DNA of 64,000 nucleotides from an uncultured delta proteobacterium (lineage in GTDB: Bacteria; Desulfobacterota; Desulfomonilia; UBA1062). The stretch spans positions 448,001 through 512,000 of the forward strand of contig CAWCTR010000007.1 of the NCBI GenBank assembly GCA_963798485.1, given 5' to 3'. This document shows positions 10,719-20,662 of the stretch, in pieces. Positions within the stretch are counted from its first letter, which is position 1; the number at the start of each line of letters is the position of its first letter. Under the pieces are notes generated by a model that saw only the letters and a list, made by a program, of their open reading frames with translations, made no database searches and was not told the origin of the DNA. The translations under genes and the position numbers were made by a program.

Positions 10719-11036
10719 TATGTGATCAGGTGGAAATCTGGGGTGTGGTCACGTGGGTGATTCACGGGCTTAGATAATAGCAACCCCTCCAAAGATAAAT
10801 AACGAATATATGGGTTACCATGGATCTCCTCGGTGTTTATCTGGGCAGCATGACGACAACTGATGAAAGGCCGGATTTCATGAATAACCACATGCAATCC
10901 CGCTGGAATATCAACAGGTCGATGCAAACCGGACAGAGCATCTGATCGAGCTTCTCAGTAGAAGTCCAGGACAGTCATGCATACAGACGTAAGATATAAG
11001 TCAGGAAGGCAGTTGTATCTCAGGCCACAGCATTCC

Positions 11037-11984
11037 CTAATCGGGAATGGAAATCCAGGTGGGAGGCAGGATGTCCCTATTGCCCCAGCCATTTTGAGGC
11101 GCTATTACAACCTTATGAGGATCTTTATTCAACCATGCCCCCCACCAGTGCAATGTGCTGTTTGAAATAACATAATGTTTACACAGGGTCATTAACCACA
11201 AATCAACGACAGCTCCCAGGTGAGAATCTTTTTCATTTATAAATGTTACATGATACTGATTTGAGGATAAGTAATATTTTGCCCATTCAATGTCTTGGGT
11301 AAAGACAAAGAGATGTGGTTCCAAGACCTTATTCTCAATCAGATGCATAGCTTTTTCATAATAATCCGCCCTAAGAATATTCTTTCGTGATCTTCTTTTA
11401 ATGGGTATATCATCGAAACGCCTTATTCCAAGGCAAACAGCATTGCATTTTTCTATAGACTTTGCCTCTTCTAATATTTCTGGTGTTAATGGAAAATCAA
11501 ACGAAAGCTTTTCTCTTAAGAATCCTTCAATCCATTCAAAGTACTTATATGACTGCCAATATCCATCATAGTAGGTCGTTCTCCTTATGGGCATTTCAAA
11601 AATATCTCGATCAAATCCTTTTACCTTCTCTTTGATGTAATTCCTTTTTATTAATGGGAGAAGCTTGTTGTATCTCCTTACAAGACTCCTCCTCCTCTCT
11701 CCCCATAAATGATAGAATGATTCCCATTCAGATGTTACCTCGTCATCGATTGAAAAGTGGTGAAGCAGATATTTTCGTTTATAAACCTTATCATTATAAA
11801 AACCACTTGTCGTATCCAACTTGATTTGAAGCCGATTTTTCATGGAGATAGATTTTGCAAAGGCATACATGAATAATTGATTGCCGAGTCCTCCCTGCAG
11901 CCTGATGATAATGTAGGGATCGTTTAATTTTGACGATCTTGTCATTTCTTGTTTATACACATAATCATCAGGCTTCATATCCAT
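11037..11984 (-). CDS. Alpha-1,2-fucosyltransferase (GT11)
   Basis: GGLGNQLF, GYWQS, SNSTLHWWGAWL. Confidence 0.9.
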   Translation of the reverse strand: MDMKPDDYVYKQEMTRSSKLNDPYIIIRLQGGLGNQLFMYAFAKSISMKNRLQIKLDTTSGFYNDKVYKRKYLLHHFSIDDEVTSEWESFYHLWGERRRSLVRRYNKLLPLIKRNYIKEKVKGFDRDIFEMPIRRTTYYDGYWQSYKYFEWIEGFLREKLSFDFPLTPEILEEAKSIEKCNAVCLGIRRFDDIPIKRRSRKNILRADYYEKAMHLIENKVLEPHLFVFTQDIEWAKYYLSSNQYHVTFINEKDSHLGAVVDLWLMTLCKHYVISNSTLHWWGAWLNKDPHKVVIAPQNGWGNRDILPPTWISIPD

Positions 11985-12127
11985 AACACGTCAGACTTAC
12001 CATCTAAGTATAGAGGCAATCAAGTATATCAAGCCTTGATTGAACCCTGAAGTGAGCTGTAATGCTTTGTCTTCTTGTGCTAACAGTGCTATAGAGGGCC
12101 AAATAAACCCTATAAACACCGCACAAA

Positions 12128-13090
12128 ATGGATATCCTCTTCATAAAACTAGGCGCCTTAGGCGATGTGATCAATACCTTGCCATTGGCCAATACCCTCA
12201 AAGAGCAGCTCAATGCTCATATCCACTGGTTGGTTGAGCCTTTGAGCTACCCGCTCGTGGCTTCTCATCCGAGTGTTGAGAGGGCTATCCTCTTTAACAA
12301 AAAGGACTTGCAGCAAACCATCCCGGGAGTACTTAAAGAATTAAGGGAGCAGCACTTCGATATCGCCCTGGACCTCCAACGTCTTATTAAGTCAGGTCTT
12401 TGCTGCATGGCATCCCGGAGCGACAGGAGAATAGGCTTTGACAAGGCTCGGTGCAAAGAGTTCACGTGGCTCTTTCCCTTCGAACGAATCCCTGCATCCG
12501 ACCCTGCTGCTCACATGACGTACCAATACCTTGAATTCGCACGCTACCTGGGGATTACTCCAGGCGAAACCAGGTGGGATATCCCTGTCGCCGGCAGATC
12601 ATCCTTCAACCTGCCGCAACATTATGTCGTCCTTAACATCGGGGCTACCAAGGAAGCGAATCGATGGACAACCCAAGGGTTTGCATCCGCTGCTTTGGGC
12701 ATTAAGCAGCGTTTTGGTATTGATACTGTGCTCACAGGCGGACCTGAAGACACTGCATTAGGATGCCACATAGAATCTCTCATAGATGATCAGGTTTTCA
12801 ACCTTGTAGGCAGGACATCGCTTCTAGATCTCAAGGAGGTGTTGGCGGCAGCATCGGCAGTGGTGAGTTGCGATACAGGGCCCATGCACCTTGCCGTTGC
12901 ACTGGGCAAAGAGATAGTGGCGCTCATCGGTCCATCGGACCCCATGAGGACAGGCCCATTAAGGGGCAGGGTCATAAAGCTTGATCTGGACTGCATGCCG
13001 TGCAACAAAAGGAACTGCGAAAATCCGCAATGCATGAGCAGGATCACTGCGGAGATGGTGCTTCATACGCTTAAAGAAGTACTTGGGTGA
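12128..13090 (+). CDS. GT9 LPS heptosyltransferase family
   Basis: ALGDV, DTGPMHLAVA, CMPC...C...CM. Confidence 0.9.
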   Translation: MDILFIKLGALGDVINTLPLANTLKEQLNAHIHWLVEPLSYPLVASHPSVERAILFNKKDLQQTIPGVLKELREQHFDIALDLQRLIKSGLCCMASRSDRRIGFDKARCKEFTWLFPFERIPASDPAAHMTYQYLEFARYLGITPGETRWDIPVAGRSSFNLPQHYVVLNIGATKEANRWTTQGFASAALGIKQRFGIDTVLTGGPEDTALGCHIESLIDDQVFNLVGRTSLLDLKEVLAAASAVVSCDTGPMHLAVALGKEIVALIGPSDPMRTGPLRGRVIKLDLDCMPCNKRNCENPQCMSRITAEMVLHTLKEVLG

Positions 13091-13121
13091 GCAGTAACCA
13101 AGCCCTCTTCATTTCTGATTA

Positions 13122-14123
13122 CTATGAATTTAATACCTTCCTGCATACATCGACCACCGCCTGCGCGTCCAGTTCCTCAAGGCATATCCTGTGCGTGCAT
13201 GGCTCGCGCAGATAACAAGGGGCGCACTTCATCTGTTTTTTCACCACTGCGCTCCTTGTATTTTGCGGCCCGGAATATTTTGGATCTGTAGGGCCGTAGA
13301 TGCCCACAACCGGAATGTCGAGGGCAGAGGCCATATGCAGAACCCCGGAATCGTTGCCGATAAAAAGTTTTGCCTTCTTGAGGATTCCGGTGAGCTCCCG
13401 CAAGTTGGTCTTTCCCGCTAAATCCACCACCTGTTGCACCCCTCCTTTCAAGAAATGCTCCACATGATTAGTGATGGTACTGGTGCACTCAGCACTGTCG
13501 CTTCCACCCACGAGCACACAGTCAAGACCGAATTCCATGGAAAGCTGAGCAATGACAGAAGCAAATTTGCGCTCATCCCAGGTCTTGGCAATCCTGCGGC
13601 TGGAGGCACCGGGTGAAACGACTACATACCTCAAGGGTAAGCCATCTACCTGGAGATATTTATCCACATGAAGGAGACCCACGTAGTTGTCCTGGGAGAT
13701 GGGGATGCCAAGCCTCATAAGGAGCTTGGCATTGTTGAACCACGAGTAATTCCCCTGGATGACCTCCTTGACATCAAGGCAAAGATCCCATGGGAAGTGA
13801 GTAAAACCTGCTTTGAGGTGTGCCCTGCTCAGCCCTGCTAGGCTGAGCGCCTCTTCAGAGCGGGCAAGCGAGATGAGAAGGTCGTAACGTTCCCTTATAA
13901 GGGTCCATATGAGACTAAGCCTGGCAAGATTGGTGTCCTTGTGGAGAATGATCCTGTCAATAAAGGGGCTGTCCATGAGGAGCCCTTCCAGATAAGGCCT
14001 CACAACAGAATGGATGGAGGCTTGAGGGAAATGGTCCTTAAGGGACTTTAACAGCGGTAGTGAGAAGATCAGGTCACCTATCTGATTTAAGTGTATGACG
14101 CAGATCTTGTTGTAGTTCTTCAT
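13122..14123 (-). CDS. GT9 LPS heptosyltransferase family
   Basis: QIGDL, GNDSGVLHMA, YGPTDP, CAPC. Confidence 0.9.
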   Translation of the reverse strand: MKNYNKICVIHLNQIGDLIFSLPLLKSLKDHFPQASIHSVVRPYLEGLLMDSPFIDRIILHKDTNLARLSLIWTLIRERYDLLISLARSEEALSLAGLSRAHLKAGFTHFPWDLCLDVKEVIQGNYSWFNNAKLLMRLGIPISQDNYVGLLHVDKYLQVDGLPLRYVVVSPGASSRRIAKTWDERKFASVIAQLSMEFGLDCVLVGGSDSAECTSTITNHVEHFLKGGVQQVVDLAGKTNLRELTGILKKAKLFIGNDSGVLHMASALDIPVVGIYGPTDPKYSGPQNTRSAVVKKQMKCAPCYLREPCTHRICLEELDAQAVVDVCRKVLNS

Positions 14124-15352
14124 GAAAACGAATCCATAAAGATATTGTTTGCCTCAACCTCCCGGATTTCAGAGACATCCTTGTCCGAGGTAATGAGGTT
14201 CTCGATCCACCAGTTCACATGATGATTGATGCACGCGACCATACTGCACTCGAGCTTGGCATTAAACGACCGGATGGAATGTTCCAACCGGGCATGTGTG
14301 AAATCCAGGTTGGCCTTCCCCCGGTATCCCGCAGCATCCCCGATCTTGGCCTGTTCCACCCCCGTCAAGGCGGGACAGTGAAAGATGCCGCCTGCGGCTA
14401 ACACGGTCCTGAAGAACTGGCTATGGCATACCTCGGGCTGGATCTTGAGTTCATGTACCTTCTGATTCAGCATTGCATCAAGATTCACACTCTCATGTAT
14501 TTTAACATCAGTGCCGCCTGCTTCCTTGGCTTTAGCAAGGTTGTTTTTGATATCCTCAATGATCCCTGACTCCAACTCCGGGTCAGGTATTTCGAAAAGA
14601 GATTCCTTCTGGGAGACTTCGAGACGCAGCAGACAGGGCTTGAATGTTACATAATCAAAGGAGTGTTCTCTTGCAAGGGTTACTGCCTGGTCCATTTCAA
14701 AGATATTGGGGGTAAGCTCATGGCCGTTTACAGAAATCCCATCCCATACAATCATATAGGAGCAACCGAGCGTAATCTTGGGGTTGAGGCTTTTTATCTG
14801 TTGTGCATTGTCCAGAATGCCCTCAAGGTTGACCCTGCCCCTGGGCCGGTGGGACTTGAAAAAGGTGCTCTCCTTGCCGGCATCAATGGAGATCCTCAGC
14901 CAGTCGCCCTCCTGAAGCATATCAGCTACCTTTGCAACCTTTTCAAGTCTGGACCCGTTCGTCGCAATGCCGATCTGCAAGCCGCGCTCGCTGATGAACC
15001 TTACAATCTCCTCGAAATTCTTGTGGAGGGTGGGTTCGCCGCCGCCAATGATGATCACCGACCGCAGTCCGTTCTTCTGCAAAGTATCTATACTCCGTTT
15101 GACGGTCTCCAGATCGAGATAATCTCCGCTGTTGAGCAACCTCGAGTCCACACAATGCGGACAGGAGAAATTGCACGCCGTCGTTAGGTCGAGGTTTATC
15201 AAGACAGGTCCATATTTGGGGGACTGCACCCCATCCGGAGATCTCCTCACCGCACGTTGCCAGGTAATGTATCGCTTAAGGTTCTCGACAACCGAGGCCT
15301 GTCTCAGCTTGGCGCTTAAATCATGTTCCTTCTGTTCCCGTTGCTCCATCAC
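14120..15352 (-). CDS. Radical SAM protein with C-terminal Cys-rich (SPASM/twitch-like) region
   Basis: CNFSCPHC, GGGEP, TNG; ATGA overlap with downstream GT9. Confidence 0.88.
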   Translation of the reverse strand: MMEQREQKEHDLSAKLRQASVVENLKRYITWQRAVRRSPDGVQSPKYGPVLINLDLTTACNFSCPHCVDSRLLNSGDYLDLETVKRSIDTLQKNGLRSVIIIGGGEPTLHKNFEEIVRFISERGLQIGIATNGSRLEKVAKVADMLQEGDWLRISIDAGKESTFFKSHRPRGRVNLEGILDNAQQIKSLNPKITLGCSYMIVWDGISVNGHELTPNIFEMDQAVTLAREHSFDYVTFKPCLLRLEVSQKESLFEIPDPELESGIIEDIKNNLAKAKEAGGTDVKIHESVNLDAMLNQKVHELKIQPEVCHSQFFRTVLAAGGIFHCPALTGVEQAKIGDAAGYRGKANLDFTHARLEHSIRSFNAKLECSMVACINHHVNWWIENLITSDKDVSEIREVEANNIFMDSFS

Positions 15353-15432
15353 ACCCTCTCACAAGCGTGGATATTCTGCATAGATCTGCTGAAGCTACGA
15401 TTCCTCGCCGCACCTATGATTACCGCCTTCAT
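15349..15432 (-). pseudogene. 27-aa ORF, possible collapsed nucleotidyltransferase gene
   Basis: MKAVIIGAAR resembles the NTP-transferase N-terminus; stop overlaps radical SAM start. Confidence 0.4.
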
Positions 15433-15681
15433 GGTCGCACCCTTATCACAATCGTCACACTCATACAATCCGGACACTGGGTAAAAAAGCTTCATCTTCC
15501 AGCTCATTGTATGCCACAGATTATTGACATCATGATATATGGCAACTATTGCCTTAGGAGGAGAACAAGGTTTGATAAAAATTCACCACCTGATGAACCG
15601 CTATCCACTTTGAAGAATAACTCGGAAGACAGACCTTCATCTCCTCGCTCACCCGGAAACTCAAGAAGTATTCCTGAAGAC

Positions 15682-16692
15682 TTATGGGAGATACGGCTTC
15701 AGATGGTTCCCCAGCTCGCTGTAGTGGAACAGGCGGTTGAAATCGATGAGCCCTGCCAGTGCTCGAGAATGGACCCTCATCCCATTCTCCTCCAGGATGG
15801 CAACCGGGTTGAGACCTCCGATGACAATGGCGCCGAACCTGCCCTCCCCTACGGGTATCTCAAGCAATGTCTGTCCGGGCCTCCCGATGCGCATGAAGCC
15901 TCCAAGGCCGATTACGCTCAATCGTTTGGCCAGGTCCTCCACTACATCCCTGCTTGCGGATGGAAATTCCCTGAAGCTTGCACCTATCCTGCCGGTGCCG
16001 GATTTAACCACCCCGAGATAGTTCGTCATACCGCTGCGGATAAAGACCTCCAGGGGGTCCAGGCTCGTTCCATCGTACATGATGATCTCGACAAACCTCG
16101 TGGGTTTCTTCTCTTTGATCTCTAATAGCCCGCCGAATCGTGAATTCGTAGGGATGCCATACTTCAAGAGCACACCGTTGAGTGTGATGGAGCATACCGT
16201 GCCGATGCCCACCATACCATCGGGAACCGTTGTGTGGCCGATCTTCTCCCCGGGGGGGAGCACGGTTATGAGATTCCCCATGGCATAACCTTGTTCATAC
16301 ACCTTGCTGATCAACGAAATATTGTCATAGACATCACGCGGCTCTGTGTTCGTCACATTTATCACCACGCTGCCTGTAAGCGTCTCAAGGTCAAACTTCA
16401 TCCGGTAGGTCATCTGATCGATCCGCGCAGACAGGAAGCCCACCCGCTCGATAGTCTGGGATGTCTCTACCTCCTGTATGCCTTTTTTGGATATCTTGTG
16501 GCAGCGCCGGTTGGACTTTTCCGTAAGGCCGTGCTTCTCCAGCGCCTGAAGGTAGAACCTGACGGTGCGTTCGCTGATATCAAGACCGTGGGCCAGCAAT
16601 ACCTCATTGATCTTCAAACTGCTCAACGGTTTGTCCGCGTCTCGTAAGACATTCAGTATTACCTGCTGGATCTTCTTCCTCTTCTCTTGCAT
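15682..16692 (-). CDS. nrpR: NrpR-family repressor (wHTH + single NRD/DUF128 domain)
   Basis: ISERTVRFYL HTH; TVCSITLNGVLL, YDGTSLDPLEVFI, GGLNP. Confidence 0.85.
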   Translation of the reverse strand: MQEKRKKIQQVILNVLRDADKPLSSLKINEVLLAHGLDISERTVRFYLQALEKHGLTEKSNRRCHKISKKGIQEVETSQTIERVGFLSARIDQMTYRMKFDLETLTGSVVINVTNTEPRDVYDNISLISKVYEQGYAMGNLITVLPPGEKIGHTTVPDGMVGIGTVCSITLNGVLLKYGIPTNSRFGGLLEIKEKKPTRFVEIIMYDGTSLDPLEVFIRSGMTNYLGVVKSGTGRIGASFREFPSASRDVVEDLAKRLSVIGLGGFMRIGRPGQTLLEIPVGEGRFGAIVIGGLNPVAILEENGMRVHSRALAGLIDFNRLFHYSELGNHLKPYLP

Positions 16693-16739
16693 GGTCGGAT
16701 CATTACCCAGGCTCAGCCGGAAAGTCAATGCACCTCTTA

Positions 16740-16894
16740 TTGGCAATATTGCCAAATCATATTTATTTCTTTGGCAAGAATGTGTTTATCGGTTGACCTT
16801 TTATCCAGTTTTATGTTATTTAATTAAGGATCGAAGTAGCCTTTTATGGCAAGCTGTTGCCGATCTTCAGTTCATTTCTGGCAATATCTTGCCA
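16740..16894. promoter_or_regulatory. Cluster of GGCAA/TTGCC palindromes, candidate NrpR operators
   Basis: TTGGCAATATTGCCAA (16740-16755), GGCAA-GCTG-TTGCC (16848-16861), GGCAA-TATC-TTGCC (16880-16893). Confidence 0.7.
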
Positions 16895-16922
16895 TCATAA
16901 ACCATACGGGGAGGACCTTTAG

Positions 16923-18563
16923 ATGATTCAGTGGCAGAAATCCAATGATGTTCTCGGAACGATCAATCGGGGCAATCCGGCGGAATCAGGGCTCTGCACG
17001 CTCTGTCGTGCAGATTGCAAGGGCAAGTGTGAAACGTGGCTTTCAAGCCTTGTGGGGAGAAAGCTCCTCTACCCCAGAGACTTCGGCATCGTTACGGCAG
17101 GCAGCTCCAATACCTGCCATGTGGGAGCATCTTATAACTCACTTCGAATCCAGGGTTATAATTATGGGGCTTATGGGGTGCCCAAAGGGCTCTCTAATTC
17201 ACCTGATGACTGCATATTCCCCAATGTAAATTTAGAGACGGAATTCGGGGCCAAGGTGAAGACCATGAGTCGCATCCCCATCATGACAGGCGCTTTAGGC
17301 TCCACCTTCGTTGCGGCAAAATACTGGGAATCCTTTGCAGTGGGTGCCGCCCTGGTAGGCATACCCATTGTGGTTGGTGAAAACGTCGTCGGCGTAGACA
17401 GAGAATCTGTCATCAAAAGGGGCAAGATCGTCAAGTCGCCCGAGCTCGATCGCAGGATCAACACCTACCTGCGTTATTATGACGGCTACGGGGCCATAAT
17501 CGTCCAGATGAACGTCGAGGACACACGAAACGGTGTTGCGGAATACATCATTGAGAAATACGGCGACAAGGTCATCATCGAGCTTAAGTGGGGACAGGGG
17601 GCCAAGGACATCGGCGGCGAGATTCAGGTCACCTCTCTTGACTATGCCCTGTTCCTCAAGGAGCGCGGCTATATTGTAGACCCCGACCCCACCAAGCCCG
17701 AGGTCCAGGAGGCGTTCAAGCACCACGCCATCAGGTCTTTCGCCCGCCACAGCAGGCTCGGTTACACCAACTTGAACTCCCCTGCCGATGTCCAGAAGGA
17801 CTTCATGAAAGAGGTGGGCTACCTGCGCAAGCTCGGATACAAGCGTATCTCCTTGAAAACAGGTTCATATGGTATGGAGGCACTTGCCATGTCCATCAAA
17901 TTTGCCACGGATGCCAACCTCGACCTCCTGACCGTGGACGGCTCGGGTGGCGGCACAGGCATGAGCCCATGGAACATGATGGAATCCTGGGGTGTCCCCT
18001 CCATCTACCTGCACTCCAAGACCCGTGAGTACTGCTCCATCCTTGCCAAGAAGAAAAAGAAGGTCGTGGACGTCGCCCTTGCAGGCGGCCTGGCACGCGA
18101 AGATCACATCTTCAAGGCCTTCGCCCTTGGCGCACCGTTCACCCGGCTCATCTGCATGGGCAGGGGGGCAATGATACCGGGCTTCCTCGGCTCGAACATC
18201 GAAGGGGCGCTGCACCCAGACCGCAGGGAAAAGATCAGCGGCCACTGGGATGGCCTGCCGAACACCGTGACCGAGATCGGCAAGGACGTTGACGAGATCT
18301 TTGCCGGGTACTACGATCTCCAGAAGAAACTCGGCGCCAAAGAGATGAAAAAGATCCCCTACGGCGCAATAGCCATGTGGACTCTGTGCGACAAATTGGC
18401 CGCAGGCCTTCAGCAGCTTATGGCCGGGGCCCGCAGGTTCAACCTCAAAGAAATCAGCAGGGACGATATATTCTCCGCCAACAGGGAGACCGTTGAAGTC
18501 ACCGGCATACCCTTTATCACCGATGTCCTCGATGAGGGCGCCAAGAAGATCCTCAAGTCATAG
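16923..18563 (+). CDS. FMN-binding glutamate synthase family protein (stand-alone, archaeal-type)
   Basis: IELKWGQGAKDIGGE, VDGSGGGTG, AGGL; N-terminal CxxCxxxCxxxC. Confidence 0.88.
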   Translation: MIQWQKSNDVLGTINRGNPAESGLCTLCRADCKGKCETWLSSLVGRKLLYPRDFGIVTAGSSNTCHVGASYNSLRIQGYNYGAYGVPKGLSNSPDDCIFPNVNLETEFGAKVKTMSRIPIMTGALGSTFVAAKYWESFAVGAALVGIPIVVGENVVGVDRESVIKRGKIVKSPELDRRINTYLRYYDGYGAIIVQMNVEDTRNGVAEYIIEKYGDKVIIELKWGQGAKDIGGEIQVTSLDYALFLKERGYIVDPDPTKPEVQEAFKHHAIRSFARHSRLGYTNLNSPADVQKDFMKEVGYLRKLGYKRISLKTGSYGMEALAMSIKFATDANLDLLTVDGSGGGTGMSPWNMMESWGVPSIYLHSKTREYCSILAKKKKKVVDVALAGGLAREDHIFKAFALGAPFTRLICMGRGAMIPGFLGSNIEGALHPDRREKISGHWDGLPNTVTEIGKDVDEIFAGYYDLQKKLGAKEMKKIPYGAIAMWTLCDKLAAGLQQLMAGARRFNLKEISRDDIFSANRETVEVTGIPFITDVLDEGAKKILKS

Positions 18564-18570
18564 CATCAAT

Positions 18571-18607
18571 AAGGGGTGGCCCTGCTTTAAGGGAAGGGCC
18601 ACCCCTT
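18571..18607 (+). terminator. Terminator-like hairpin after glutamate synthase gene
   Basis: AAGGGGTGGCCCT / AGGGCCACCCCTT 13-bp inverted repeat. Confidence 0.7.
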
Positions 18608-18887
18608 ACGTAAAGCCGTTTCCATCAGATCAAACTTTTTTTTATTCCTCATAAAACTCAATGTCGTTTCGAAGCATTTTTACATCATAAAAGGAAGCTG
18701 GGTTGATGAACCCATAGAGACTCATGATCTCCGGTTTTAATACGGAGGCCCGATTCCGATTTAAATGCAATTTTACATCGATTGGTATTAAAGCTATTAT
18801 AAGTTACATGAACATCCTAAAAAAAGACGTTACAGCAAACCTTGGAATCAAACCTGATCCGAGGAAAAAGATTACACGGAGGATCGT

Positions 18888-20346
18888 ATGAGCAAGCTCA
18901 TGAACGCTAAAGAGTATGAAGAGAGTTTGAGGAAGCTGAAGCTGAACGTGTACATGTTCGGCAAGAAGGTGGAGAACGTGGTGGATGACCCTATCATAAG
19001 GCCCTCCATGAATGCGGTGGCAGCCACCTACGAATTTGCCCACAGGCCGGAATATGAAGATATCATGACCGTCAAATCACACCTTACGGGCAAGAAGATC
19101 AACCGCTTCACCCATATCCACCAGAGCGTGGATGATTTGGTGAAGAAGAGCAAGATGGGAAGGCTTCTGGGGTCTCTGACCGCCTGCTGTTTCCAGCGTT
19201 GCGTGGGAATGGATGCCATGAATGCCCTGTCTATTGTTACCTATGCCATCGATCAGAAATATAAGACGCAGTACAACAAGCGCTTCCTCAAATTTCTCGA
19301 ATACGTTCAGGAAAACGACCTGGTCTGCGACGGCGCCATGACCGATACCAAGGGCGACCGTTCCCAGCCCCCCCACAAACAGTTCGACCCTGACATGTTC
19401 CTCCATGTGGTAGAAGAGCGTAAAGACGGCATCGTGGTCAGGGGGTCGAAGGCCCACCAGACCGGCGCGGTCAACTCCCATGAGATCATCGTGATGCCGA
19501 CCATCACCATGCGGGAAGAGGACAAGGATTATGCAGTGGCCTTTGCAGTCCCCAGTGATACAGCAGGCATCACCTACATCATGGGCCGGCAGTCCTGCGA
19601 CACCAGGAAACTCGAAGGCATGACCATGGATAGGGGCAACATGTTCTACGGAGGCCACGAGGCCCTGGTCGTCTTCGAGGACGTGTTCGTGCCCTGGGAG
19701 ACGCGTGTTCATGTACAAGGAGTATGACTTCACCACCCAGTTGGTGGAGAGCTTCTCCGCCTACCACCGCCAGAGCTACGCATGCAAGGTGGGGGTGGGC
19801 GATGTGCTTATCGGCGCTGCCCAGACCGTTGCCGAGTACAACGGTGCAGAGAAGGCCTCCCATGTGAAAGACAAGATCATCGAGATGAACCACTTGAACG
19901 AGACGCTCTTCTGCGGGTGCATTGCCTGCGCATCAGAGGGTCACAAGGAGGCGAGCGGGACATACCTGGTGGATGTGCTCCTGGCCAATGTGCACAAGCA
20001 GAACGTGACGCGCTTCCCCTATGAGATCGCCAGGCTTGCCCAGGATATTGCAGGCGGCGTAGTGGTCACCTGCCCGTCGGAGGCCGACCTTAACTCGCCG
20101 GTGGTGGGTAAGTGGGTGAAGAAATACTACCGGACCAAGGCGGATGTCCCCACAGAATACCGGATGAGGATATTGAGGCTTATCGAAAACATCACCATGG
20201 GTACCGCTGCCGTAGGTTACCTCACCGAGTCCATGCATGGTGCGGGCTCACCCCAGGCACAGCGGATCATGATCGCAAGGTTCGTGAACATGAAGCAGAA
20301 ACAGAAGGTTGCCAAGTACCTGTGCGGGATCGAGACGGAAAGATAA
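18888..20346 (+). pseudogene. abfD: 4-hydroxybutyryl-CoA dehydratase (HpaB-like family) split by a single +1 frameshift
   Basis: CFQRCVG, GAMTDTKGDR, GSKAHQTG, YHRQSYAC, HGAGSPQAQ; extra base at ~19701. Confidence 0.85.
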
Positions 20347-20600
20347 AAATAGGCCTGAAGTATTGCGGCGGATGCCGGGCCGGCTATGACCGTGTCGATA
20401 TGGTGGATTCCATACGGGAACGGCTTGCACAAAAGGTGGAGTTCGTTGCCGCCCACAGCGAGGATGCACAGATGATCCTGATCGTGACCGGATGTTCCAC
20501 TGCCTGCGCCAGGCTCGATAATGTGAGCGAACTCCCCATACACTACATCACGAGCGCCGAAGATGCCGAACGATGGATGGCGGAGATAGAGGTAAAATAG
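20322..20600 (+). CDS. Small Cys-motif hypothetical protein
   Basis: IGLKYCGGCRAGYDR...VTGCSTACA; GTG start overlapping abfD end (start uncertain). Confidence 0.7.
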   Translation: MRDRDGKIKIGLKYCGGCRAGYDRVDMVDSIRERLAQKVEFVAAHSEDAQMILIVTGCSTACARLDNVSELPIHYITSAEDAERWMAEIEVK

Positions 20601-20662
20601 AACAAAGATGCCTGTAAGAACGCTGAGATCGTGCACATGGAAGAATCAGAGACTTGGCCTGA

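Noticed and set aside
16847-16893. TGGC...TTGC sites as sigma54 promoters
   Set aside because: Spacing is GG-N9-GC, not N10; they are palindromes better explained as operators
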